Below are positions 46,055 through 56,020 of a stretch of 64,000 nucleotides of DNA, piece after piece. A model generated the notes under the pieces. It was given only the letters and a program-made list of their open reading frames with translations. It made no database searches and had not been told where the DNA came from. The stretch lies in IMG/VR virus record IMGVR_UViG_3300020434_000055. One strand, given 5' to 3'. The DNA is from a virus. Taxonomy: Duplodnaviria; Caudoviricetes. Within the stretch, counting starts at the first letter, position 1. Every line of letters begins with the position of its first letter. The position numbers were made by a program, and so were the translations under genes.

Positions 46055-46501
46055 TTAATTTTTTGGATTATCGTTGAAGCTAGGAAATGGACTAAAAAGA
46101 GCTCTGTAATTTAAGCCTTCTGTTTTTTCTGATATGGTTGTAAAAGTAGATTTAACTATTTTGACTGGACTTTTGGAGTATATTGAATTTCTTACATTAA
46201 CTGGTAAGCCCTTCCAATAACCATCTATACTTAAATCTTTATCAGGAAAATTGTTTTCCAAAGTTTTTTTGGTATATTTGTTAGATGCAAGAACGTATAA
46301 ATGTTGGCCTACAGTTTTGCCAGTTGACTTATGAGACGCCATATTAATTACAGCACTTGCCGCCTGGTGTTCATATTTTCCTGTTACACCTGCGATTGCA
46401 CCATTAACTGATAGCGTTCCTTCAAGAGTTGAGACTAACGGAAGTTGAGCACAACCGTTTAGTAAAACTATAGATACTATTAAACCTACTAAATGTTTCA
46501 T
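46055..46501 (-). CDS. Putative lipoprotein
   Basis: MKHLVGLIVSIVLLNG-C lipobox; start reset to 46501. Confidence 0.7.
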   Translation of the reverse strand: MKHLVGLIVSIVLLNGCAQLPLVSTLEGTLSVNGAIAGVTGKYEHQAASAVINMASHKSTGKTVGQHLYVLASNKYTKKTLENNFPDKDLSIDGYWKGLPVNVRNSIYSKSPVKIVKSTFTTISEKTEGLNYRALFSPFPSFNDNPKN

Positions 46502-46618
46502 AACATTATTATTTAAATCTTGCCATTTAACTGTTAACGTAGTATTTATCTTATTATGTATATACTTTATAGAAAATATAGCATATAATATGGGCAAAAA
46601 CAACCTTAAATAACACAT

Positions 46619-46810
46619 ATGAACAAAGAAAAAGAAATTAAAGAATTTTTGAAACAGGCTCATAAGGCGTGTGAGGATAACCGAAGGAATGAAAAACGTA
46701 TGAAACATAGAAAAACCCCAACCATAAAGTCAGAATTGTTAAAGGAATTTAACCAATTCAAAAAAAAATTACGTAAAATTTTTAGAACTCTATTTAGATT
46801 TGGAAAATAA
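46619..46810 (+). CDS. Basic hypothetical protein
   Basis: ORF track. Confidence 0.55.
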   Translation: MNKEKEIKEFLKQAHKACEDNRRNEKRMKHRKTPTIKSELLKEFNQFKKKLRKIFRTLFRFGK

Positions 46811-47104
46811 TTAAGAAGTAATATCTACTCTTACGATATGTTTTCGTAGGTCTCGAACTCTTTCTTCTGTTCTTTCTACGACTTGGTTTAATCTAGCATC
46901 TTGGATACGCATTTTAATCATTGCTCTTACCAATTCTTCTATTTTATCTATAATAGCAATACAATCTTTATCTTGTATAGTTTTTTGGCGTTCTTTTAAA
47001 GCTTCATATTCACGTAATGGTATAGTTACTGTTCTAGTAAGTTGTGTTTCGTTTTCATACGTGGCTTGATGAGCGGCGTCTTGAAAGTCTTCTCGTTCGT
47101 CCAT
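46811..47104 (-). CDS. Coiled-coil hypothetical protein
   Basis: ORF track; TTGACA/TATAAT upstream on the minus strand. Confidence 0.65.
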   Translation of the reverse strand: MDEREDFQDAAHQATYENETQLTRTVTIPLREYEALKERQKTIQDKDCIAIIDKIEELVRAMIKMRIQDARLNQVVERTEERVRDLRKHIVRVDITS

Positions 47105-47157
47105 AGTTAGATTATATTAAAAATAATTGAAATTGTCAACGGTTTATTTTGGTACTA

Positions 47158-47256
47158 TTATGAACAATCACAGTTTTCGCATTCACAACCTTCGTGATCT
47201 GCTTCAATACAATGGCATAAATGTCCACAATCTGTACAAGTTTTATCTTGTTCCAT
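47158..47256 (-). CDS. 32-aa metallothionein-like peptide
   Basis: MEQDKTCTDCGHLCHCIEADHEGCECENCDCS; TAAATA at 47263-47268 (minus strand). Confidence 0.65.
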   Translation of the reverse strand: MEQDKTCTDCGHLCHCIEADHEGCECENCDCS

Positions 47257-47359
47257 ATACTATATTTACCTTATTCTATGCACACTAAACCATAATATTA
47301 TTTTAACCAAAACCATAATCCTACTTGACACTTCATAAACAAAAATATATACTACTATT

Positions 47360-47770
47360 ATGATAGACAAAATAAAAAATGGATTAGGAAAACCTGCTGG
47401 TTGGATGTATTTCATTCTTGTTGTTGCTTTGTTAATTATTATATCAAACAACTCGAAAGAAAAAACAAACTTAACAGCATCGTTGGATAGTGCTAATGCA
47501 GAAATCTCTACGTTAGAAGCTCTGAACGAAACTACTTTAGAAGCTATGTCAAATGAAATAGCAGTTCGTGATGATGCAATTGTAGGTTTGAATAATGCAA
47601 TAGCAGGATGGGAATCAGATTCAGCAGACGTTAATGCTAGATTAAATGACTCTGATACTTTAAGAGCAGAACTAGAACTTACAATTGTTGATTTAGAATC
47701 ACAATTGAATGATAGTGCTTCAGCTTTAGAAGACGCAATTGCTAATCCAAACTGTCCAGCTACTCAGTAA
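47360..47770 (+). CDS. Membrane-anchored coiled-coil protein
   Basis: TM then long acidic heptads. Confidence 0.75.
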   Translation: MIDKIKNGLGKPAGWMYFILVVALLIIISNNSKEKTNLTASLDSANAEISTLEALNETTLEAMSNEIAVRDDAIVGLNNAIAGWESDSADVNARLNDSDTLRAELELTIVDLESQLNDSASALEDAIANPNCPATQ

Positions 47771-47809
47771 TATAATAGCTGAAAAAATAGAAGAACAAGA
47801 GGGAACTCT

Positions 47810-48712
47810 ATGAGATTCGCTGGTGCACAGATACCTGTAACTCGTGACCTTGACCAAAATGTCGAAACAATTAAAACTAGCATTGATTGGGCCACAAAAA
47901 ATAAATGTGACTATCTAATAACTCCTGAAGGATCATTAAGCGGGTATATGCCTGACTTTGATACCTATAGTGGAGCCTCTTATTATCTAGAAGACGATAT
48001 TCGTAATCCTGACTTTAATCCTAAAAAAGTAGAACCCAAAGAAAAAAGAAAATTTGATGACGTTGAAAATGCATTAATGACTATAGAAAATTATGCAGGC
48101 AAAAATGGTGTAGGTCTTGTTCTTGGAACATTGTATATAGAAAATGAAAGTCAAGGTAAAATTAAAAGAAATCAACAACGTTACTACAGTCCAGATGGAA
48201 TGTTATTAGGTACAGTTAATAAACGATTCCTTATTAGATGGGACAATGTAATTGCTGGACACTATTCACCTTTAATTAGTATGCCTAATCGTAAAAAAAC
48301 AGAAGTTGTTAAAGCTGTAGGTATGTTATGTAATGACCTTTGGGGAGGTTGGTGGACAGGAGAAGAAAACATTGGACGTGAAGCTAAACGATTAGGAGCA
48401 GATATATTAATACACTCATCAAATGGTGCAAGAGGATTAGATCCAATAGAAGATAAAATTCATGATGACTTTCATACAGGTTGTTTAGCAATGATAACTT
48501 ATTCTGCAGATATGCCAATTATAAGTGTAGACAATAGTATTCATATGGATGGAAATGAATATCATGGAGAAACATCAAGTCCTTCTGGTGCATGGTATAA
48601 AGAAAAATTAATAGACGTTCCTAGAACTGGTACACAACATTTTCACTTTGACTTTACTCCAAAACCACAACAAACACAATTTATAGATCCTGCTATTTCT
48701 TTTGGATCCTAA
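47810..48712 (+). CDS. Carbon-nitrogen hydrolase (nitrilase superfamily)
   Basis: AGAQI, TPEGSLSGY, NK, LCNDLW (E-K-C triad). Confidence 0.88.
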   Translation: MRFAGAQIPVTRDLDQNVETIKTSIDWATKNKCDYLITPEGSLSGYMPDFDTYSGASYYLEDDIRNPDFNPKKVEPKEKRKFDDVENALMTIENYAGKNGVGLVLGTLYIENESQGKIKRNQQRYYSPDGMLLGTVNKRFLIRWDNVIAGHYSPLISMPNRKKTEVVKAVGMLCNDLWGGWWTGEENIGREAKRLGADILIHSSNGARGLDPIEDKIHDDFHTGCLAMITYSADMPIISVDNSIHMDGNEYHGETSSPSGAWYKEKLIDVPRTGTQHFHFDFTPKPQQTQFIDPAISFGS

Positions 48713-49025
48713 TATGCCCAAATACGATAAAAAAATGCAAGAGTGGATTGACAGACAAGAAGGATACCGTGAATGGAATAAGACCCACGATAGTTATAAG
48801 ATTTTATATTCCCCAACTGGTACTGATGAACACGGAAAGCCACTTAAAGAAAAAAAGAAAAAAGGCACTTGTGGTTGTGGAAGATCACCTACAGGACTTT
48901 GTATTGGTTGGCACTCTTTAACAGAAGAAAAATATAAAGAAAAGAAAAAGAAGTATGAAGAATTACAAGAAGAAGAAAAGAAAACTGCATTTCATCCAAG
49001 AGCAATTGATGGGTTTGGAGATTAA
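48702..49025 (+). CDS. CDGSH-like Fe-S/zinc-finger protein
   Basis: CGCGRSPTGLCIGWH. Confidence 0.6.
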   Translation: MDPNMPKYDKKMQEWIDRQEGYREWNKTHDSYKILYSPTGTDEHGKPLKEKKKKGTCGCGRSPTGLCIGWHSLTEEKYKEKKKKYEELQEEEKKTAFHPRAIDGFGD

Positions 49026-49562
49026 ATGAAGGGTAAAAGAATGTTCAAAAGAGTTCAAGTTAAAGCAAGTCGAATGGTAGCAGACTTTTTTGATTGGTTA
49101 AAGAAATCAGAATTAATAGAATTAGATAAGATTGATCCACTTGATGATCCAGTAAGACCCGAACTAACTAATCAATTTAGAACAACTATTGGTCGTAAGA
49201 TATATGGCCTTAAAGATGAAAAAGGTGATATAGCGGCGGTTATGTGTTTTGCATTTACAAATGAAATACCAACAACTGTAGAAGAACTAGAGTTAATGAG
49301 TATAGATGCACACAATCAAGGTATTCATAGAGCAGGCGTTGGTGGTAATATTGCAATAGCATATACAGTATGGTCAACTAAAAGAGGTGGCGGTAAACGT
49401 ATTGTTAAAGAAGTATTTAAAATGATTAAAAAATCAAACCACTTAATTCGTTTAGTTACGCTATCACCATTAACACAAATGGCACGAGACTTTCATATAA
49501 GGAATGGTGCTAAAGAACTTCAAGTTAATAAAGAAACACAAAATTTTGAATACTTAATATGA
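49026..49562 (+). CDS. Hypothetical protein, possible GNAT fold
   Basis: AYTVWS..RGGGK, A..FH.RNGA. Confidence 0.45.
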   Translation: MKGKRMFKRVQVKASRMVADFFDWLKKSELIELDKIDPLDDPVRPELTNQFRTTIGRKIYGLKDEKGDIAAVMCFAFTNEIPTTVEELELMSIDAHNQGIHRAGVGGNIAIAYTVWSTKRGGGKRIVKEVFKMIKKSNHLIRLVTLSPLTQMARDFHIRNGAKELQVNKETQNFEYLI

Positions 49563-49812
49563 TAAAAAAGCTACTAGTTTTTATAGGAATCCTTTTTATA
49601 ATAACACTGGTTGTATTATCTTTCTACGGCAATGCTTGAGCTATTAGTATTTGCAACCTGTTTTACCCTACTAGTTTTGCTAATTGGTAACCCTTTTCGT
49701 TAGGTATGTTAGGTTTACTTGGTTTCTTCGGTTTTAAGGAAATTTGGTTACAACCACCTTATTGTTGTATTTTTGCAACACCTACTTGGTCATCTTTTCA
49801 ACACAATTGAAA

Positions 49813-50325
49813 TTACTTTGTGAATAACAAGTATATTGTTATGTCCTTTTTACGCCTGAATTTTAGCGTATCATTATCGATTTGATATACATTAAGTGGA
49901 CCGCCTAGCTTTTGAATTAGTTCTTCTGTATCAACCATAGCGTGTGCTGATGCTCTAAGCCTGACCATTGGATCATCGTGCCAATGCTTCATTTTGATTT
50001 TTGTTCCCCACACTAACGGCCACCAGTGTAATGGGTTTCGTCCAAACAGTTCTGCAAGAGCTAACCACCCTACTAAAGGAAACGCTGTTAAAGGTTCTAT
50101 CCACCATGGCATAAAATTGAAAGTAAACTTATCAATTATGTGAACTATGCCCCAATACGTTCCCCACACTGCGGCAAACAATGCCAAGACAAACCATGTT
50201 TCATCACGGTCAAAGTCACCATTATAGTCATCACGAGGTGCTCCGTAGTAAGGTGTTACACGTCTAACAGAGGGATGAAAGTTTGATCCTTTCTTCTTCC
50301 TTTTAGCCATTATATACAATCGCAA
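49813..50325 (-). CDS. Membrane protein
   Basis: Two hydrophobic segments. Confidence 0.7.
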   Translation of the reverse strand: MRLYIMAKRKKKGSNFHPSVRRVTPYYGAPRDDYNGDFDRDETWFVLALFAAVWGTYWGIVHIIDKFTFNFMPWWIEPLTAFPLVGWLALAELFGRNPLHWWPLVWGTKIKMKHWHDDPMVRLRASAHAMVDTEELIQKLGGPLNVYQIDNDTLKFRRKKDITIYLLFTK

Positions 50326-50410
50326 ATAGTATTAGCTATCATTAAAATTATAACATAACCCATATAACCAACACAACAATATAAAACTATTTTTTCCCAA
50401 ATATTAAACA

Positions 50411-50605
50411 TTATACACTAGTGCCTGCTCTTTTATCCTTTATAGCATTCACAATTTCTTTAAACATTGTATCAATCTCAGTGATCATATCCCATAGTGT
50501 AGCCATATCTCCATACTGCTTTGCTAATATGAATAATATTAAAATTAAGCATATTGAATTAAGGAGTGTAGCTATTTTAAAGATCATACTACTATTTAAA
50601 AGCAT
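50411..50605 (-). CDS. Small membrane protein
   Basis: ORF track. Confidence 0.5.
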   Translation of the reverse strand: MLLNSSMIFKIATLLNSICLILILFILAKQYGDMATLWDMITEIDTMFKEIVNAIKDKRAGTSV

Positions 50606-50641
50606 TAGGTAGGTTTGAATTTTAGAAGTGACTATGCAACC

Positions 50642-50767
50642 TTAGGATATTAATTTGTCTATATGCCCTGTTACTACTAGATAAACAAGAACTATTCCTA
50701 CAGCTATAATAAAGCGTAAAGACCAAACACTGACCTTTTCCCAGTACTGTATATCCTTATTGTCCAT
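50642..50767 (-). CDS. 41-aa membrane microprotein
   Basis: MDNKDIQYWEKVSVWSLRFIIAVGIVLVYLVVTGHIDKLIS; TAAATA upstream. Confidence 0.5.
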   Translation of the reverse strand: MDNKDIQYWEKVSVWSLRFIIAVGIVLVYLVVTGHIDKLIS

Positions 50768-51575
50768 GTGTATGATTATTTAAGTGAAAAGGGTATTTGT
50801 AGCCAGAAAAAACTGCTATAAAAAAATTTGAAATGCAGAAATGGTTCTGTAGTGGAGTTTTTTGAATTACGAAAAATTTATATAAGCTACTTTTTCTTTT
50901 CTAGGTGGTGATTTTGCACCGGTACAGCTTGTAGTTTGCACTTTAGAAAATTTTTTTATACGCCCCACCACCTCAACAAAAAAAATAAAAAAAATATTTT
51001 GTCAAGTGTAATGTCAAGCTATTCATTACACTGTACTCCAACTCCACCCACGTATATAATATTAGTATGCAAAAATATAAACTAATATGTTACACAAAGT
51101 TCAACCCGTATACTGTAGTACCTATCCCCTACACACTCCCTAACACTAACACGCCTGCCCACTACACATACAAGCAAGCCAACACCACAGCCCAGTCGCT
51201 ACACAATACACAACATCCATCCTGCGTACAAAAAGCCATCATTCAATGTGTGGGGCTAGAAGAAGTATAGTGTTTACACAGTGTAATTGAGACGCACACA
51301 TTACACTTAATTTAAACACAATTATATTATATAATAGTTGTATATGCAAAACAATATATATAAAGGCTTAAACATTATGACAATGCTTAATATATTTGGG
51401 GAACATATAAACAAGTTGTTGTTAGGGTTTGTGTGTACGGATGAGCTTACAACGTTAAGGGTGACACTACTTATTAGACTGCAAACAGTTACATTGATTT
51501 ATACTGTAAACAATGTTTAGTGAATGACTTACACAAGCAACAACAACAAAACAATAACAATAGAAAGGGCACAAT

Positions 51576-51731
51576 ATGAATGAACACTTACAACAATATA
51601 AAAGAGAGCTGTATGACGGACTTAGAGAAGAAGGACATACACATAAAGAAGCAATAAGACTTGTACTACAAATGACAAGCAATGAGAGAGCGTTAAACGA
51701 TTACGTAAAAGAGGAGGCTGAGAATGCTTAA
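51576..51731 (+). CDS. 51-aa hypothetical protein
   Basis: Preceded by GAAAGGGCAC; overlaps the next start. Confidence 0.6.
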   Translation: MNEHLQQYKRELYDGLREEGHTHKEAIRLVLQMTSNERALNDYVKEEAENA

Positions 51732-52008
51732 TACAAAACAAACGTTGAAGGTGCTAAAGTTTTTTGCACAACAAATAAATGATTGGACGTTGCTAAACGT
51801 TGCAAACTATAAGGACGAGGGCGTTGTAGATATTAGAAGTTATGACGTTGCTTGTTTATGTAAAGAGTATGCAAAGTTATTAAACAAAAGCAAATGCGAT
51901 GAACAGTTTAAAATTACTGTACAGGATGTTGCTACTGCATTTGATAACTTAGATACAGAGTTTAGGGAGTGTGTTGAAGAAGAATTTTATAAGCTAAAAA
52001 TATTTTAG
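51724..52008 (+). CDS. Hypothetical protein
   Basis: GAGGAGG SD. Confidence 0.75.
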   Translation: MLNTKQTLKVLKFFAQQINDWTLLNVANYKDEGVVDIRSYDVACLCKEYAKLLNKSKCDEQFKITVQDVATAFDNLDTEFRECVEEEFYKLKIF

Positions 52009-52263
52009 TTTAGTTTGCTTTTAACGTAAGCAATTATCTCGCCCCTGTAAGCTATTACGCCTCCTATTAACGGGGGGCCTAACAATACTAGCACCATTAA
52101 GTCTACCATATAAACATACTCCAATTGATTGTGCATACGCCACACAATGTTAAGAAGCCTACACTACTCACCGTAACAATTACGCCAAGCATCATCGCTT
52201 CAATTATATTCTTTCCTACTGCTTTTACTTTACTCACTTCTTTCCTTTCATGTTGTTTAGGTC

Positions 52264-52295
52264 GGGGAAGGTGCGAGGGCACGCGAACCCTCCCC
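52264..52295 (-). other. GC-rich hairpin with a UGCCCU loop
   Basis: GGGGAGGGT-TC-GCG-TGCCCT-CGC-ACCTTCCCC on the minus strand. Confidence 0.6.
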
Positions 52296-52325
52296 AATGA
52301 TCCTGTATGCCTTTTAATGTAAACA

Positions 52326-53363
52326 TTAATGTGGCTTAAGGACCGTTTGTTCAGCCATGGATTCCCAAATGTCTGGAAATGCCTTAGCCAAGTCAGCTAT
52401 CTTGAGGACGGTTCTTAAAGAGATCTCTCTCAAGCGTCTCTTATGATCCCATACCCAGTCAACGACTTTCTTTTCCGTGCCCTGTGGTAGATCGTATGGT
52501 TTTAGCATACCATCTCGCACAATCTGATTAATTCTTAATAGCTTCTCTCGTATAGTGTCAATAGTCAAGTCAATGTAATGACATCTACTTTCTAATGCTT
52601 GTAAATGATCTCGTAACTTCTTGCTACGGACATTGTCAAATTTTATATTCGTTATAAAGATAACAGAGCCTTTGAACTCAAATGCTCCAGGCACTCCTTC
52701 TCGTCTTAACATATGAGAGTCAGTGTTCCAACATATTCTTCGTACCTTTTTACTATCCAACGCGGCTTTCAAGATGTTTAAACTCAAGTCATCCAATAGC
52801 ACACTATCACAGTCATCGAATACAAGGATATTGTCTTTCTCTTTCAACTCATGCAATTTACAATATAGTCCTATGGCACTCATAGCGCCTTTAACAACTT
52901 CTGATTTAGGTTTCGTATCCGCTAGGGTGTTGACTACTTCATATTTCTCTAGTACAGTCTCTACTCCATATGATTTTCCTACCCCAGGCGGACCGCTTAC
53001 TATCATAGCTCGGACATCTCCTTTTTTAGTTGCCTTAGTCATTCGTTCTAATATTTCAAACCTTTTACGCATTCGTTCAATTGTTTCCTCATCAGACTCC
53101 ATTGCTTTCACTTCAGGAGTTTTATCTCGTAGCTGATTTTCGTCCGTAACTGATAAACGGATTATACCATTGTCAGGAACTTTAGGGAATCTTTCTGTTG
53201 CAACTTTAACAGTCACAAATCCTCCATCCTTGTGTGGATAAGGTTGATAGGCTTTAACTAAAGCGAAGGTTTCATTTTCTACATGATGTCCGCGATAGTC
53301 TCCCTCTAAAACATATATGCTCTTTGGAATTGGTCTGGATTTAACTTCTAAATTTTTTGGCAT
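52326..53363 (-). CDS. AAA+ ATPase
   Basis: GPPGVGKS, LVFDDCD, IFITN, ALESR. Confidence 0.9.
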   Translation of the reverse strand: MPKNLEVKSRPIPKSIYVLEGDYRGHHVENETFALVKAYQPYPHKDGGFVTVKVATERFPKVPDNGIIRLSVTDENQLRDKTPEVKAMESDEETIERMRKRFEILERMTKATKKGDVRAMIVSGPPGVGKSYGVETVLEKYEVVNTLADTKPKSEVVKGAMSAIGLYCKLHELKEKDNILVFDDCDSVLLDDLSLNILKAALDSKKVRRICWNTDSHMLRREGVPGAFEFKGSVIFITNIKFDNVRSKKLRDHLQALESRCHYIDLTIDTIREKLLRINQIVRDGMLKPYDLPQGTEKKVVDWVWDHKRRLREISLRTVLKIADLAKAFPDIWESMAEQTVLKPH

Positions 53364-53386
53364 TGCCCTCTTTTTTATTATTCATT

Positions 53387-53415
53387 AGTATAACACCACT
53401 CGTGCCAAAAGTCAA
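53387..53415 (-). promoter_or_regulatory. Early sigma70-type promoter (family member)
   Basis: TTGACT-17-TATACT, TTTGGCA in the spacer. Confidence 0.8.
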
Positions 53416-53591
53416 GGTTTAATGATATTCTTTAGGACTTGAATTTCATATTGAATCTCTTGGACCTTGCTTATAGCTTCGTCTCGAATGTCTGCTTCAT
53501 ATGACTTGAGTACTAAAGCCTCTGCTTCATTAGCCAAGTCGGTCAAATACTCTACCTGAACATTTACTTTTGTCTTTGTTATGTCTATCAT
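53412..53591 (-). CDS. 59-aa hypothetical protein
   Basis: Open frame MIDITKTKVNVQVEY..., below the track cutoff. Confidence 0.55.
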   Translation of the reverse strand: MIDITKTKVNVQVEYLTDLANEAEALVLKSYEADIRDEAISKVQEIQYEIQVLKNIIKP

Positions 53592-53667
53592 ATAATCGTT
53601 GCTATTGCCCGTCCTAATTCAAGTGCAACAGGTCCTATAATGTACATTACTTCTAATAAGAATTCCA

Positions 53668-54261
53668 TTACTCAGACACCATAAATCTGTGGTTACCTAT
53701 AATAGCTGTTTCCACATAAGTGCCACCCCAAGCCGGGTTAGCAATGTTGGGGTTATAATAAAATGTAGCACCATCTGTAGGATCGATTTCCCACACATGA
53801 TTCATCACTAACAGTGCAACAGTAACAGAGTCTCTCCATGCTGTCATATTCTCTGGAATAACTGTTCCATCCATGTACGTAACCCATATCATATCACGAT
53901 CTCCATCGCAATACCAACTAAACTGACATCTATCTCTTCGTGGCCAATACACACGCTCTTCTTTAGGTAACGTAGGATCCTTACGTGTTTTCCACGATTC
54001 TCTCATAGGACCATCCTTTACTACCTTACAAACAGTACTAGGCCAACGTTTGTCGTCAACTCTGTTCATTGTTACGTGTGCAACGCCTATCTTTCCTAGT
54101 GTGCTTTCATGGCGTGCTTCAAAGTATACGTTCTGTGCCATACAGTATACTTCATTCATATCTTGATTAATACCACTGTCTATTTCGTAGTTAAGTGCAA
54201 GAGAAGCCATTACCGCTCTTGCTGTAGCCATTACTGTTTCTAGTGTGCCTACTGTAGCCAT
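53668..54261 (-). CDS. SleB-like cell wall hydrolase (Hydrolase_2)
   Basis: CMAQNVYFEAR, VA.V..NRV, CQFSWYCDG, GATFYY, IGNHRF. Confidence 0.92.
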   Translation of the reverse strand: MATVGTLETVMATARAVMASLALNYEIDSGINQDMNEVYCMAQNVYFEARHESTLGKIGVAHVTMNRVDDKRWPSTVCKVVKDGPMRESWKTRKDPTLPKEERVYWPRRDRCQFSWYCDGDRDMIWVTYMDGTVIPENMTAWRDSVTVALLVMNHVWEIDPTDGATFYYNPNIANPAWGGTYVETAIIGNHRFMVSE

Positions 54262-54686
54262 TCACCTTCTCCATTTTTGCAATAGTATGCACCAACGTCA
54301 ACGCCTTTATATTGCACTCTGTCCATAGTTGCATCAACTTCGTTGTTGAACACTTCCATGCAATCTAAACTAGTACTAGATACCGGAAGCACAATTGCTT
54401 CTCCATTAGTCAAGTGCATATGTAATTTAAATACGTAAGGACCTGCATAACTTTTGTTAGACAATCCTATTCCCATACCAATTATAAACGTAGTAGCGAC
54501 AATCATAAACCATACAAAGCTATCAATCTTTCTAAACTTAGAATAGATACTCGTACTAAAGTTGCCTAATCCTCTAAAAGGATCTCTCTTAGCAGGTCTA
54601 CGTTTTGCCTTAGGCTTTTTCATTCGTAACTTATGTTTCTTCGTTAACTTTCTTAGTTCTTTATTTGATTTCATTAGTAAGGCCAT
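54249..54686 (-). CDS. Membrane-anchored hypothetical protein
   Basis: Basic N-terminus, TM segment. Confidence 0.65.
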   Translation of the reverse strand: MALLMKSNKELRKLTKKHKLRMKKPKAKRRPAKRDPFRGLGNFSTSIYSKFRKIDSFVWFMIVATTFIIGMGIGLSNKSYAGPYVFKLHMHLTNGEAIVLPVSSTSLDCMEVFNNEVDATMDRVQYKGVDVGAYYCKNGEGEWLQ

Positions 54687-54869
54687 CCCATCATCATATG
54701 TAATGTGTCAGTCACCCAAAGGATATACCATATGCATACTACCCCTAGGACCATTTGAATTAACTTCTCTGTCCAATAGTTCATTAAAGTTGTCCCCATA
54801 TGTTAATGTAATGATTAAGAATTAGCATTACAATTATACCTGTGATACAAATTGTATTAATTTTCCACA

Positions 54870-55199
54870 TTATATTGCTTCTCCTTCATTACATCTAATG
54901 AATTTTCCATTAGGTAATTGTTTAAGACAAATGTCATGTCCTTCTTTTTCATGATCTTCTATCTTCTGATTTAATCTCTGTTCTATAAGAGTGTTAAAGA
55001 ATTGTAGGAAGTATGTTTCCTGTTCAGTCTGTGTCATATCACATATCTCTGATTTAAGAAACATCTTGCAAACTTCTTTGTCAGATACTATAGGAAGTTC
55101 TTCTGCCTTTGCATTCACGGCGTTAAAAATACTATAACACCAGATATAGATTACAAAGAATAAAAAGACTCCTAATTTTTTACTTGGTTTCTTGTCCAT
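54870..55199 (-). CDS. Exported hypothetical protein
   Basis: ATG follows AGGGCAC; signal-like segment. Confidence 0.7.
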   Translation of the reverse strand: MDKKPSKKLGVFLFFVIYIWCYSIFNAVNAKAEELPIVSDKEVCKMFLKSEICDMTQTEQETYFLQFFNTLIEQRLNQKIEDHEKEGHDICLKQLPNGKFIRCNEGEAI

Positions 55200-55214
55200 G
55201 TGCCCTTTCAATTG

Positions 55215-55450
55215 TTATCGTTGAAATGATCCACCGTTCTTAATTGAACGGAGAACATTTTTTGTTTCAGTTATTATTTCTTCTTTAACACCTTCGTTGG
55301 TTAATAGCTTCGCATTCTTTACCGCATTAGCCATCTTAATGTAATCATTCCCAGTAAAAGTTGCTCCAGAAAGTCCTATATTAAACGCAGAACAATTCGT
55401 TAGCATTACTGCCAAAAACGATATTAAAAATAACTTCTTCAACATATTCA
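55215..55450 (-). CDS. Putative lipoprotein
   Basis: MLTN-C lipobox; ATG follows the promoter. Confidence 0.65.
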
Positions 55451-55457
55451 TACTATT

Positions 55458-55486
55458 ATAATACATCCATCCTGTTTTGGTGTCAA
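55458..55486 (-). promoter_or_regulatory. sigma70-type promoter
   Basis: TTGACA-17-TATTAT. Confidence 0.7.
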
Positions 55487-55513
55487 TTACCAAAGAAGCC
55501 GCATAAATGCTGG

Positions 55514-55957
55514 CTAAAATGGTATTTCGTCCTTAGTAGATTGGACTTTTTCGGTACTTTCCGTCTTTTCTTCTTTAGTCCATCTATATTCATCACCAGT
55601 CCATTCAGGATCTTCGTAATTGTCAATCCATTCATTAGTGTCAATGTCTTGTTCTTCTAACGGAACACACTCTTCAACTTTTTTAACACAAGGTTCTCTA
55701 TATTTTTCATAGTCGCTATCACCTTGCGAGTCGTGTTGCCAATCCGAACAATACACTTCAACAGGATCATCTTTATAATATCCTTCAGTCCATTCAACTC
55801 TTTCTAGACCTCCGTGTTCACTAACTGCATCAACTGCCTCGTCTTTGCTATTAGCAATCACATCATATTCAACCCATGTTGTATAATGTTGTCTTACTCT
55901 GTATTTTGATTTTCCAATGTCTCTGTGTGGATTATCTTTGCTTATTGGTTTATTCAT
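55514..55957 (-). CDS. Acidic early hypothetical protein
   Basis: AGGGCAC leader; Y.V...A.S.DEA motif. Confidence 0.75.
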   Translation of the reverse strand: MNKPISKDNPHRDIGKSKYRVRQHYTTWVEYDVIANSKDEAVDAVSEHGGLERVEWTEGYYKDDPVEVYCSDWQHDSQGDSDYEKYREPCVKKVEECVPLEEQDIDTNEWIDNYEDPEWTGDEYRWTKEEKTESTEKVQSTKDEIPF

Positions 55958-56020
55958 TGTGCCCTTTCTTTATTGTTAATACTATTATAAATCCTAATTG
56001 TGTTGAAATTATGTTCCAAT

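Noticed and set aside
47360-47770. Spanin or lysis cassette call
   Set aside because: TM plus coiled-coil fits, but there is no nested or adjacent lipoprotein, holin or endolysin
51067-51520. ORFs 51067-51270 and 51338-51520 as real genes
   Set aside because: Atypical skewed composition and no RBS; left uncalled
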